Source: Corallococcus interemptor (GTDB lineage Bacteria > Myxococcota > Myxococcia > Myxococcales > Myxococcaceae). From it: a stretch of DNA of 64,000 nucleotides. The position numbers and the translations under genes are program-made. Positions 20,706 through 30,578 of this stretch are shown here, piece after piece (position 1 is the first letter of the stretch; each line of letters opens with the position of its first letter). The notes beneath the pieces were generated by a model that worked only from the letters and a program-made list of their open reading frames with translations, was not told where the DNA came from and did no database searches. Location: NCBI RefSeq assembly GCF_042231085.1, contig NZ_CP102579.1, one strand, 5' to 3'.

Positions 20706-21596
20706 ATGTTTCGTCGCAGCAGCGGTCTCCCCACCCTCTTCGTGTCCCTGCTTCTCGTCGTGGGCTTCGCGTCGTCAGCCAATGCTGACACCTACCAGAC
20801 CTATGTGACGCCCACGGTCAATGGCTATCAGATTGGCACCTACCAGCCCAACCAGCCCACTGGGAACTTCAGCAGCGCCGCCGACACGGCCCGCCGCTTC
20901 TGTCAGGACCAGGGCCACAGCGGCGCGCAAAGCTTCACCACCGCCATCCGTGGCTCCGCTTATACGTACATCGTTGGCACGAACGGCGTCGGCCCCTGGA
21001 ACACGACCGGCAACTCCAACGTGACGATGATTGAAAGCATCATCTGCTTCAATTCCAGCTCGGACGTCACGTACACGACGCCCACCGTCAACGGCTACCA
21101 GGTCGGCACCATCCAGCCCAACTACCCGACCGGCAATTACAGCACGCCCGCCGACACCGCCCGCCGCTTCTGCCTGGACCAGGGCCACACCGGCGCTCGC
21201 ACCTTCACCACCGCCATCCGGGGCTCCGCGTACACGTACATCGTCGGCACGAACGGCGTCGGCGCCTGGAACACCACCGGCAACTCCAACGTGACCATGC
21301 TGGAGACCATCACCTGCTTCAACGCGCCGGTCCTCACCTACGCGACGCCGAAGGTGAACGGCTACCAGATCGGCACCATCCAGCCCAACTACCCCACCGG
21401 CAACTTCAGCACCCCGGCGGCGACCGCCCGCCGCTTCTGCCTGGACCAGGGCCACGTCGACGTGAGCAGCTTCACCACCGCCATCCGCGGCACCGCGTAC
21501 ACGTACATCGTGGGCACGAACGGCGTCGGTAGCTGGAACACCACCGGCAACTCCAACGTGACGATGATCGAAACCGTCACCTGCATCACCCAGTAG
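20706..21596 (+). CDS. Secreted protein composed of three ~95-aa tandem repeats (unknown domain)
   Basis: Signal peptide, then 3 near-identical units TYxTPTVNGYQxGTxQPNxPTGNxSxPADTARRFCxDQGHxGAxxFTTAIRGSAYTYIVGTNGVGxWNTTGNSNVTMxExxxCFN. Units are also ~285-bp tandem repeats at DNA level. Confidence 0.7.
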   Translation: MFRRSSGLPTLFVSLLLVVGFASSANADTYQTYVTPTVNGYQIGTYQPNQPTGNFSSAADTARRFCQDQGHSGAQSFTTAIRGSAYTYIVGTNGVGPWNTTGNSNVTMIESIICFNSSSDVTYTTPTVNGYQVGTIQPNYPTGNYSTPADTARRFCLDQGHTGARTFTTAIRGSAYTYIVGTNGVGAWNTTGNSNVTMLETITCFNAPVLTYATPKVNGYQIGTIQPNYPTGNFSTPAATARRFCLDQGHVDVSSFTTAIRGTAYTYIVGTNGVGSWNTTGNSNVTMIETVTCITQ

Positions 21597-21755
21597 CCCC
21601 CGCAGGGACGAGGGGAGCCCACGCGGCTCCTCTCCGTGGGGTACTCACAGACCCGATCGGGTTTGGATAGACACCGCAAACCCTCACAACATGTCTGTCT
21701 TCATCCTCCCGACCTGATAGATCGCACCTTCCACTCATTCCTCCAGGAAGGTGCG

Positions 21756-24101
21756 ATGCGTCGACAAGCCACCCTGTCTCGCGTTCTGCTTTGCGCATTG
21801 ATCAGCGCAGTCATGTCTGTCACGGCCTGCGACACGGGGGGCGAACCGGAGCGGGAGACCGGCAACGTCCGGTTCGTCAGCGCGGTGCCCCAGGCGCTCG
21901 CGGGCGATGAGATCACCCGCGTGACCGTCACCCTGACGGCCTCCGGCGTGCCTTCCGCCACCACCGTGCTCACCCGGGGGACGGATGGGTGGAGCGGCAC
22001 CATGTACCAGGTGCCCGCCGGTCCCCAGCGCACCTTCACCGCGGAGGCCTTCGCCGCGGACGGCGCCCTGCGCTACCGGGGCGTGGCCTCGGACGTCACC
22101 ATCACCGCGGGCACGACCTCCATCGTGGCCATCACCCTCCAGGCGCTGGATGTCCCGGGCCCGTTCGACAACTCGGCCCCGTGCATCGACTCGCTCGTGG
22201 CCTCGGCGAGCACCGTCCTCCCCGGGGGCACGATCTCCCTCCAGGCCACCGCGCATGATCCGGATGCGTCCGACTCCCTCACGTACGCCTGGACGGCGGC
22301 GGATGGCACCTTCGGTTCGCCCACGCTCACGTCGACGACCTGGACCGCGCCCGCGACGCCGGGCGTGTACGCGCTGACGCTGACGGTCACCGACTCGCGC
22401 GGCGCCACGGCGACCATCCGCATCGACATCACCGTCGTCTCCAAGGACGGCGGCACCACGGCCGGCACCGCCGAGGTGTCCGTCACGTTCAACATCTCCC
22501 CCGCGGTCACCCGCGTCACCGCGTCCCGGTCCCCCGTGCCCGTGGGCCAGAGCACCACCGTCACCGCGGACGTGACGGATCCGGACGGCGACGCGCTGAC
22601 CTACCAGTGGGCCGCGTCCTGCGCGGGCACCTGGACGGATGACACCTCCAACATCGCCTCCTTCACCCCGACCGCCATTCCCGCTGGCGACGCGTGCGGC
22701 AACTGCGCGCTCACCGTCACCGTGAAGGACCCGAAGGGCGGCCAGACGCAGGGCACCCTGCGCATCTGCGTGGGTGAAGGCGCGAGCGCCAACGTCCCGC
22801 CGCGCATCGTCCTCGCGCACCAGAGCAGCGCGTCCGTGGTGGGCGACAGCGCCGTGACGTTCCGCGTCCTCGCCGAGGACGGCAACGGCGGCGCCCTCAC
22901 CTTCAACTGGGCCTCGAGCACGGGCACGCTCGCGACGCCCACGTCCGGGTTCACCTCCAGCGAGGTCTCCTGGAAGGCCCCCACCTGCGCGCCCACCGGC
23001 GGGAACGCGACCATCACCGCCACCGTCACCAACGCCCAGGGCTTCTCCGCGCCCCAGGCCTTCACCGTCGCGGTGCAGAACGCCCCGTCGTGCACGCCGC
23101 CCACGACGGTCGCCCGGTGGGACCTCACGGCCAGCCTGACGCAGCGCCGCTTCGGCGCGAGCGTCATCCCCCTGGCCTCCGGGAAGATCCTCGTCTTCGG
23201 CGGGTCGGTGACCTCCAACCCCGTCCTGGGCACGGCGGAGCTCTACGATCCGGCGGCGGGGACCTGGTCTGCCGCTGGAACGCTGGGGACCGCGCGCTAC
23301 AACCCCGCGGTGATCCTGCTGCCTTCTGGCAAGGTCATGGTCACGGGCGGCTTCGCGGCGTACCCGGCCACCACGCCGCTGCGCGCCGTGGAGTTCTACG
23401 ACCCCGCGACCAACACCTGGACGGCCGGCCCGCAGATGGCCTTCGCGCGCGGCGCCCACACCTCGACGCTGCTGCCCAACGGCAAGGTCCTGGTCATCGG
23501 CGGCGTCACCACGGGGGACACCGTCAGCAACCGCGCCACCGAACTCTATGACCCCTCCACGAACACCTGGCTGCCCGTGGCGAGCCCGACCTACGCCCGG
23601 TCCAACCACCGCGCGGTGCTGCTGCCGTCGGGCAAGGTGCTCACCGTGGGCGGCAACCTGCCGTCGGAGTTCTACGATCCGTCCAACAACACCTGGAGCG
23701 TCGCCACCGGCCTGACGACGCGGACCTTCACGGACGCCTTCCTCCAGCCATCCGGCAAGCTCGTGCTGGTGGACGGGACGCTGGTCGCGACATACGACCC
23801 GGTGCTGAACGTCCAGGCCACGCTGGGCCACTTCACCTACGAGCGCGCCAACGCCTCGCTGGTCCAGTTGAACTCCGGGCGGCTGTTGCTCGCGGGGGGC
23901 AACTCCACGGTGGGCCTGACGACGGAGCTCTTCGACCTGGCGACCGGCACGTCCTCGTTCTCCACCAGCATGGCGTCCAACCGCTACCTGATGGCCACCA
24001 CCGTGCTGCCCGACGGCAAGGTGCTCTTCATCGGCGGTTGGGACCGGGACACCCCTGCGAGCGTCAGCGCCGTGCTCGTCTACACGCCCGCGAGCCCCTG
24101 A
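21756..24101 (+). CDS. Lipoprotein with PKD/Ig-like domains and C-terminal Kelch-repeat beta-propeller
   Basis: AGGAAGG RBS. Lipobox SVTAC. Repeated PKD-like units (DPDxDxLTYxW). Kelch-like GKxLVxGG repeats x6. Confidence 0.75.
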   Translation: MRRQATLSRVLLCALISAVMSVTACDTGGEPERETGNVRFVSAVPQALAGDEITRVTVTLTASGVPSATTVLTRGTDGWSGTMYQVPAGPQRTFTAEAFAADGALRYRGVASDVTITAGTTSIVAITLQALDVPGPFDNSAPCIDSLVASASTVLPGGTISLQATAHDPDASDSLTYAWTAADGTFGSPTLTSTTWTAPATPGVYALTLTVTDSRGATATIRIDITVVSKDGGTTAGTAEVSVTFNISPAVTRVTASRSPVPVGQSTTVTADVTDPDGDALTYQWAASCAGTWTDDTSNIASFTPTAIPAGDACGNCALTVTVKDPKGGQTQGTLRICVGEGASANVPPRIVLAHQSSASVVGDSAVTFRVLAEDGNGGALTFNWASSTGTLATPTSGFTSSEVSWKAPTCAPTGGNATITATVTNAQGFSAPQAFTVAVQNAPSCTPPTTVARWDLTASLTQRRFGASVIPLASGKILVFGGSVTSNPVLGTAELYDPAAGTWSAAGTLGTARYNPAVILLPSGKVMVTGGFAAYPATTPLRAVEFYDPATNTWTAGPQMAFARGAHTSTLLPNGKVLVIGGVTTGDTVSNRATELYDPSTNTWLPVASPTYARSNHRAVLLPSGKVLTVGGNLPSEFYDPSNNTWSVATGLTTRTFTDAFLQPSGKLVLVDGTLVATYDPVLNVQATLGHFTYERANASLVQLNSGRLLLAGGNSTVGLTTELFDLATGTSSFSTSMASNRYLMATTVLPDGKVLFIGGWDRDTPASVSAVLVYTPASP

Positions 24102-24197
24102 AGTCCCCCTGAGACTCCGTTGAACAGCGGCCGGATCCACCCGGGTCCGGCCGCACAGGGCATTGCGGCGCCGCGCGATTGAGCGAGGATGCGGCCC

Positions 24198-25019
24198 ATG
24201 TCCAACCTCCAAGGCAAGACCCTCTTCATCACCGGCGCCAGCCGCGGCATCGGCAAGGCCATCGCGCTGCGCGCGGCCCGCGACGGCGCCAACATCGTCA
24301 TCGCCGCGAAGACCACGGACCCGCACCCCAAGCTGCCCGGCACCATCTACTCGGCGGCGAAGGAGATTGAAGAGGCCGGCGGCAAGGCGCTCCCCTGCGT
24401 GGTGGACATCCGCGACGAGGCGCAGATCCACGCCGCCGTCGCCAGGGCCGTGGAGACCTTCGGCGGCATCGACATCCTGGTGAACAACGCCAGCGCCATC
24501 AGCCTCACCGGCACCCTGGACACGCCGCTCAAGCGCTTCGACCTGATGCACGGCATCAACACGCGCGGTACCTTCGCGTGCTCCCAGGCGTGCATCCCGT
24601 ACCTCAAGAAGTCCTCCAACCCGCACATCCTCAACAACTCGCCGCCGCTCAACATGGAGCCTCGCTGGTTCGGCCCCCACGTGGCCTACACCATCGCGAA
24701 GTACGGCATGAGCCTGTGCGCCCTGGGCATGGCGGAGGAGCTCAAGGACGACGGCATCGCCGTCAACACGCTGTGGCCCCGCACCGTCATCGCCACCGCC
24801 GCCGTGCAGAACCTGCTGGGCGGCGACGACACCATCAAGGGCAGCCGCAAGCCGGAGATCATGGCGGACGCCGCGTACGCCATCCTCACCAAGCCCAGCC
24901 GCTCCTTCACCGGGAACTTCTGCATCGACGAGGAAGTCCTGCGCGCCGCCGGCGTCACCAACTTCGACGCGTACCAGTCCGTCCCCGGCGCGGAGCTGCT
25001 GCCCGACTTCTTCCTCTAG
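24198..25019 (+). CDS. Short-chain dehydrogenase/reductase (SDR)
   Basis: TGASRGIG cofactor motif, NNAS, YxxxK (YTIAKYG). Confidence 0.85.
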   Translation: MSNLQGKTLFITGASRGIGKAIALRAARDGANIVIAAKTTDPHPKLPGTIYSAAKEIEEAGGKALPCVVDIRDEAQIHAAVARAVETFGGIDILVNNASAISLTGTLDTPLKRFDLMHGINTRGTFACSQACIPYLKKSSNPHILNNSPPLNMEPRWFGPHVAYTIAKYGMSLCALGMAEELKDDGIAVNTLWPRTVIATAAVQNLLGGDDTIKGSRKPEIMADAAYAILTKPSRSFTGNFCIDEEVLRAAGVTNFDAYQSVPGAELLPDFFL

Positions 25020-25034
25020 CGCGCCTTTGGCCCC

Positions 25035-25955
25035 ATGCCCCCGCGCAAGCTCCAGCGACACCTGGTCTGGCTCGAGTCCTTCACCGCCGCCGTGGAGGCC
25101 GGCAGCATCGAAGCCGCCGCGGAGCACCTGGGCGTCGCCCGCTCCGTCGTGAGCGAGCACATCCGCGCCCTGGAAGAAGCGCTCGCGGATGGCGCCGCCC
25201 TGCTGGAGCGGGGGCCCGGCCGGCGCCTGCAACTGTCCGCGCGAGGAGAGCGCCTCTACGCGGGCACCCAGACGCCGCTGCACCAACTGGACGTGAAGCG
25301 GCTGATGGACCTGGCCCGCGTGGAGCCCACCCTGCGCCTGGGCCTCAACCCCACGCTGTCCATGTCGCTGCTGGGCGGCATCGCGCAGGACGCCGCCGCC
25401 GCCGACCTCAAGCTGGTGGTGGGCTTCGGCGGCTCGCACGAGCTCATGCGGCAGGTGCAGACGCGGCAGCAGGACCTGGCGCTCGACTTCACCCCGCTCC
25501 CCCCTCACGAGGGCGTGGACACCGAATCCCTGCTGCGCATGTCCTTCGTCGTCATCGCGGGCCCGGACTCCGCGCTCGCCCGGACGCACGCCTCGCGCCG
25601 CTCCCTGGACGTGAAGGACCTCCAGGACCAGCGCTTCGTGGACTGGCTGCGGGACGACCCCTACGGCGGCGCCAACAGCGCGCGCTTCGCCGCGCACGGC
25701 GTCTCCGTCACGGAGGTGGGCCGCGTGGAGAGCTTCCTCCACCTCTACGAGCTGCTGCGCGCCTACAAGGCGTGCACCATCGCCCCGGACGTGCGCCCCA
25801 CCCAGCCGTTCCCCTCGGACCTCCACGTCTGGCCCCTGCGCGAACAGGAGCCCCAGGTCGTGGAGGTAGTGGCTGTCTGGCCCTCCGGCGGCCTCAGCCC
25901 CGCCGTCCAATCCATCCTTGACGGGCTGCGTCGCCGCCTGAATAAACGGCGATAA
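25035..25955 (+). CDS. LysR-family transcriptional regulator
   Basis: N-terminal HTH (LQRHLVWLESFTAAVEAGSIEAAAEHLGVARSVVSEHIRALE) plus LysR substrate-binding domain. Confidence 0.8.
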   Translation: MPPRKLQRHLVWLESFTAAVEAGSIEAAAEHLGVARSVVSEHIRALEEALADGAALLERGPGRRLQLSARGERLYAGTQTPLHQLDVKRLMDLARVEPTLRLGLNPTLSMSLLGGIAQDAAAADLKLVVGFGGSHELMRQVQTRQQDLALDFTPLPPHEGVDTESLLRMSFVVIAGPDSALARTHASRRSLDVKDLQDQRFVDWLRDDPYGGANSARFAAHGVSVTEVGRVESFLHLYELLRAYKACTIAPDVRPTQPFPSDLHVWPLREQEPQVVEVVAVWPSGGLSPAVQSILDGLRRRLNKRR

Positions 25956-26048
25956 TCCGACGAAGACGTCGAATTCTGCCGGATTTCCGTCTTGCAGTCC
26001 GGTGCGTATTCTTCAGGGGTCCTGTTTCTCTTGAAGGAGCCGCTCGCG

Positions 26049-27644
26049 ATGACGCCCACGGAGAGGACCATTGCCCGCCTTCCCGCCCACCTGCGCCGCT
26101 ACGTGGTGAGCCAGGACTACGCGGCGTACACGCCCAGGGATCAGGCGGTGTGGCGGCACATCCTGGGGCAGTTGCGCGAGCACCTGAGCGACAAGGCGCA
26201 CCCCGTCTACCTGGAGGGCCTGGAGGCCACGGGCATCGGCGCGGAGGCCATCCCCAGCCTGGACGAGATGAACGAGAAGCTGTCCAAGCTGGGCTGGGCC
26301 TGCGTGGCGGTGCGCGGCTTCATCCCGCCGGCCGTCTTCACGGAGCTGCAGGCGCTGGGCGTGCTGGCCATCGCGGCGGACATCCGCACGCACGAGCACA
26401 TCCAGTACACGCCCGCGCCGGACATCGTCCATGAGAGCGCGGGCCACGCGCCCATCATCGCGAACGCGCGTTACGCGCAGTACCTCAAGGCCGTGGGGCT
26501 GGTGGGCTTCAAGGCCATCGCCAGCGTGGAGGACCAGGCCGTCTTCGAGGCCATCCGCAACCTCTCCGTGGTGAAGGAGGACCCCACGGCGACGGAAGAA
26601 GAAATCGCCCACGCCCAGGCCCGCCTGGAGGCCGCCAACGCCAGCCACCGCTACATCAGCGAGAGCACCCGCGCGAGCCGCCTGTACTGGTGGACCGCGG
26701 AGTACGGGCTGATTGGCGACCTGAAGCACCCGCGCATCTACGGCGCGGGCCTGCTGTCCAGCATCGGCGAGGCCCGGCACTGCCTGACGTCCGCCGTGCA
26801 CAAGCTGCCCCTGGGCGTGGCGTGCGCGGACACGGACTACGACATCACCCGCATGCAGCCGCAGCTCTTCGTGGCGCGCGACTTCGAGCACCTCTTCGAG
26901 GTCCTGGCCGAGTTCGAATCCACGCTCGCGTGGAAGCGCGGCGGGGACCACGGCCTGAACGAGGCCCTGCGCGCGCGCACGGTCAACCACCTGGTGCTCG
27001 CGGATGGCCGCGAGGTGACGGGCAAGGTGGTGGAGCTGCTGCCCGCCGCGAAGGACGTGGCCCCGGGCCTGTCCACCGCGCTGGCCCGGCTGGAGGGCCC
27101 CATCCTCACGTCCGTGAACGGCCACGCCGTGGACAAGCCGTTCAGCGGCGCGGCGCTGGTCGCCTTTGGCCAGGGCGCGCTGCCGGAGCGCGGGAACTTC
27201 CAGCTCGCGCTCGACAGCGGGCTGGTGCTGGAGGGCTTCGCGGTGGGCGGCGGCGAGGTGATTGCCCTGCGCGGGACGCTGGCCGGCCGCGAGCTGACGC
27301 TGCCGTCCATGGCGCGCCTGTACCTGACGGAGCGGCTGCCGTCCGTGGCGGGCGGCCCCGCCGACCCGGGCACGTGGGACGAGTGGTTCGGGGAACTGGA
27401 CGCCTTCACCGCGGGCGACGGCGAGGCCCAGGCGCGCGAACGCAAGGCGCAGGCCCTGCCCCCGTCGCTGGCCGCCCTCTACACGGAGGTGCGCCGCATC
27501 CGCGAGACGGGGCAACTGGCCCCCGAGCGGCTGGAGCAGATCGCCCGGGCGAGCACGGACTTCCCCTCCGACTGGCTCCTGCGCGCGGAGGTCGCGGAGC
27601 TGCGCGGCGAGGTGCCCTCCCGGCGCGAGGCGGCGCACGCGTAG
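26049..27644 (+). CDS. Aromatic amino acid (phenylalanine-4-) hydroxylase family protein with ~230-aa C-terminal extension
   Basis: Biopterin-hydroxylase signature PDIVHESAGHAP; YGAGLLSSIGE; overall colinearity with PAH catalytic domain. GGAG RBS. Confidence 0.75.
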   Translation: MTPTERTIARLPAHLRRYVVSQDYAAYTPRDQAVWRHILGQLREHLSDKAHPVYLEGLEATGIGAEAIPSLDEMNEKLSKLGWACVAVRGFIPPAVFTELQALGVLAIAADIRTHEHIQYTPAPDIVHESAGHAPIIANARYAQYLKAVGLVGFKAIASVEDQAVFEAIRNLSVVKEDPTATEEEIAHAQARLEAANASHRYISESTRASRLYWWTAEYGLIGDLKHPRIYGAGLLSSIGEARHCLTSAVHKLPLGVACADTDYDITRMQPQLFVARDFEHLFEVLAEFESTLAWKRGGDHGLNEALRARTVNHLVLADGREVTGKVVELLPAAKDVAPGLSTALARLEGPILTSVNGHAVDKPFSGAALVAFGQGALPERGNFQLALDSGLVLEGFAVGGGEVIALRGTLAGRELTLPSMARLYLTERLPSVAGGPADPGTWDEWFGELDAFTAGDGEAQARERKAQALPPSLAALYTEVRRIRETGQLAPERLEQIARASTDFPSDWLLRAEVAELRGEVPSRREAAHA

Positions 27645-27749
27645 GGCCCGGCGCTTCGAAGGACAGCCGGCGGACGTGCGACGGCCCGGTCGACCTCTTC
27701 ACGAGGCCGCCGGGCCGGAGCACTTCCAGGGGCTCTTCGCCGCCGGGGA

Positions 27750-29351
27750 CTACTTGTTGATGCGCACCATGGCCACGTCGTAGTGGCGGTCCGTCACGTA
27801 GCCGTTCGCGGCCTTGCCGGGGCGGTACATGTTCCCGGTCTTGTCATCCACGTAGAAGCGGTTGTTCGGGTTCGTGTCCTTGCCCTTGCTGGCGTTGGTC
27901 GTGCCCGGGTCGTGGAACGTGTAGTAGGTGCGGCCCTTGTCGTCCACGCCGCGGCCCGTGATGGTCACGAAGTGGTCCGTGAGGCCGTCCGCGTTGTAGC
28001 TCGCGTCCTTGTGGCTGACGCCCACCACCACCGGCTTGCCCGCGTCCAACTGCTTGTCGATGTAGCTGCGGCCCTCGGCGGCCTTCTTCGAGTCCACCTT
28101 CAGCGCGCCGACGCTGTTCTCGCTCGTGCCCACCTGGATGCGGCGGTCCGGGCCCAGCACCGTGGCGCCGGAGTCGCGCGCCATCGCCGTCGCGGCCTTG
28201 AAGCACGCCGTGTCGCTCGCGGTGTAGCCGTGGCCGTTCTCGAACTGGCTGTAGTACGGCACCTTCACGTGCACGGCCGGCTTGTCCTTGGCCCCGGCCA
28301 CCTGCTGCGTGTCGGTGCGGTCCGCCTCCGTGGTGGGCTTGGACGTGTTCGTGCCCTTGCCCTCCGTGCGGCCCGGCTTCGAGTCGCCGCTCACGGACGG
28401 GGGAACCACGCCCGTGTTGGTGTTGGCCGGCTTCGTCGTGGCGCCCGACTTCTCCTGCTTCAGCATCGCGAGCGCGTCCTTCGCCTCCGACTTGAAGCGG
28501 TTGGCCACGCCCTTCTGCACGTCCTTGGAGCTGCCGGAGAAGTGCACCAGGGTGCCGTTGGCGTTGGTGCGGCCGCGCTCGGCGTAGATGTCCTTGATGA
28601 GCTGCTCGTCGCTCACCTTCGCGGGGTCGCGCCCGGCCAGCGCCTTCTTGAAGATGTCATCCGCCTTGCCCGGGCCGTGCTGCACGGAGGTGGACCAGGC
28701 CACGTCCCGCAGCGCCGCGGAGCGCTGATCCAGGTCGATGCCCGTCGCCTTCTTGATGTTGGCGGCGCCCACGTCGTAGTGCGTGGCCTTGATGTAGTCG
28801 TGCTGCGCCTTGTCGAAGCCCTTCGGGTCCTTCGCCGCGAGCTGCTTCCACGCGGCGGAGAACTCCGCGGTGCCCGGCTTGCTGCCCGACAGCGCCTTGT
28901 GGAACTCCGGGTTCGTCTTCTTCAGCGAGTTGACGAAGGACTGCGCCGAGCCGTTCGCGGAGGCGAACTGGTAGGAGCCATAGGACACGCCGCCCTTGTC
29001 GCCCTTGCCCGTGGACACGGTGCCAGGGCCGCGCGCCTCGTACTTGCGGCTCAGCCCGCCCAGCTCCCCGTTGGTCGCGCTGGTGGAGCCCCCGTTGGTG
29101 GCCGGCGTCGTCTTCCGCGCGCCGCTGGTGGACTGCGCGAAGCTGTCGCCCGACGTCTTCGCCCCGGCGCTCGACTTCGTCGTCCCCTTCGTGTCGAAGC
29201 CGTCCTGCACCTTCAGCGTCTGCCCGGCGAGGATCTTGTTCGGATCCTTGATGTTGTTCGCCTTGGCCAGCGCGTCGACGGTCGTGTTGTAGCGCTTCGC
29301 CAGGCCGGACAGCGTGTCGCCGGAGTTGACGCGGATGTTGGAGACGGTCAC
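27750..29351 (-). CDS. LysM domain protein with central lysozyme/transglycosylase-like region and C-terminal Cys/His (papain-like?) domain; no signal peptide
   Basis: GTG start with AGAGGGG RBS. N-terminal LysM ([37 protein letters not shown]). GVSYGSYQF block. C-terminal Cys (DTACFKAA) ... His (DHFVTITG). Confidence 0.6.
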   Translation of the reverse strand: MTVSNIRVNSGDTLSGLAKRYNTTVDALAKANNIKDPNKILAGQTLKVQDGFDTKGTTKSSAGAKTSGDSFAQSTSGARKTTPATNGGSTSATNGELGGLSRKYEARGPGTVSTGKGDKGGVSYGSYQFASANGSAQSFVNSLKKTNPEFHKALSGSKPGTAEFSAAWKQLAAKDPKGFDKAQHDYIKATHYDVGAANIKKATGIDLDQRSAALRDVAWSTSVQHGPGKADDIFKKALAGRDPAKVSDEQLIKDIYAERGRTNANGTLVHFSGSSKDVQKGVANRFKSEAKDALAMLKQEKSGATTKPANTNTGVVPPSVSGDSKPGRTEGKGTNTSKPTTEADRTDTQQVAGAKDKPAVHVKVPYYSQFENGHGYTASDTACFKAATAMARDSGATVLGPDRRIQVGTSENSVGALKVDSKKAAEGRSYIDKQLDAGKPVVVGVSHKDASYNADGLTDHFVTITGRGVDDKGRTYYTFHDPGTTNASKGKDTNPNNRFYVDDKTGNMYRPGKAANGYVTDRHYDVAMVRINK

Positions 29352-29543
29352 GGAGAAGACCCCTCTATGTCAGGCCGCGAACAAGGCGCCGCGGACGTGC
29401 TTGGATTGCCTCGATTATCGAAAGGCAGTGCGATCAGTTTCGCATTCCCAGTCACAATCGTGTGAAACCAGTGATTCCGGCAACTTCAGTTTCAGCGGAC
29501 TGATCCGCTGAGACTGGAGAGGCCGCCCAGGAGGGCCAATCGG

Positions 29544-30578
29544 ATGTCCAGGTTCCAACCGGAATTCAAAAGTGTGGCGTTGCTGTTTGCCATTTGCGTC
29601 ACGAGCGCGGTCACGGAGGCCTCGGCCCAGGGGTCCGAGGGACTCACGGGGGTCTATTCGAACAAGGGCGGGACGCTCGCCATCGTCGAGGGCAGCAACG
29701 AGACGCTGGTGCACTTCTCGGGTTCCTTCCCGCAGGGCAGCAGCGCGGGCACCTGCGATTGCGCCCTGGTGGTGCGGAAGAAGACAGCAACGAACTGGTC
29801 ACTTCAGCAGGCGGGCGAGGCGGACGCCTGGACGCTGCGCGTCAACCCCAAGCAGTTCGTGCTGGAGTCCGGTCCGTCACCGTCCTGTTGCGGGGCGGGC
29901 TACCCGGGCAGGGACACGTTCGCCCGGAGCACGGTCAAGCCGCTGGGCATCTGCAAGGTGAAGGTGTCCAAGGCGGGCTTCCACGCGTCGGACGCGGCCA
30001 ACACGCCGCGCAAGGCGTTCGTGGTGTCCGGCGACGCGGTGGAGGCGTACGTCGACCCGGTGGAGCCGGACTTCCTCGCCGCGCGCTTCCAGGGGCCCCA
30101 GAAGGCCACGGCGGGGCTGCTCAAGCGCGAGGACCTGGACTGCGCGGCGGAGTCGGCGCCCACGGCCACGAAGGCGCCGGTGTCCGCGGACAAGCTCCAG
30201 CCCTTCGCGGGGACGTGGGTGGAGCTGACGCGGCAGGGCAAGGGCTTCGTGGTGCTCAAGCCCTGCTCGGCCGCGACGCGCAGCTTCACCGTCAAGCCCG
30301 CGACAGGCGAGGTGGAGGTGCAGTTGGGCCAGGAGTCCACGACGCTGAAGGTGACGTCCGTGGAGCCCGGCAAGGGCGCCGGGGCCTGGGTGCTGGGGCT
30401 CACGGCCGCGGACGGCAAGCCGGAGGCGCTCCAGTGGAAGACGGCCAACGCCGCGAAGGGCACCGTGTCCGTGAACAGCCCGGACCTCTTCTCCCAGAGC
30501 CACGACTACGTGCGCCAGGAGAAGCAGTCCGCCTTCCCGTCCAAGCAGGAGACGGGGTGTGACGAGTACGAGCGCTAA
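29544..30578 (+). CDS. Secreted hypothetical protein
   Basis: AGGAGGG RBS; signal peptide (ALLFAICVTSAVTEASAQG); Cys-containing, no recognised domain. Confidence 0.55.
   Translation: MSRFQPEFKSVALLFAICVTSAVTEASAQGSEGLTGVYSNKGGTLAIVEGSNETLVHFSGSFPQGSSAGTCDCALVVRKKTATNWSLQQAGEADAWTLRVNPKQFVLESGPSPSCCGAGYPGRDTFARSTVKPLGICKVKVSKAGFHASDAANTPRKAFVVSGDAVEAYVDPVEPDFLAARFQGPQKATAGLLKREDLDCAAESAPTATKAPVSADKLQPFAGTWVELTRQGKGFVVLKPCSAATRSFTVKPATGEVEVQLGQESTTLKVTSVEPGKGAGAWVLGLTAADGKPEALQWKTANAAKGTVSVNSPDLFSQSHDYVRQEKQSAFPSKQETGCDEYER

Noticed and set aside
21735-25910. 1391-aa antisense ORF 21735..25910 (-)
   Set aside because: It lies opposite the Kelch/PKD lipoprotein, SDR and LysR genes, which have clear motifs and RBSs. 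Its translation is low-complexity R/G/A-rich.
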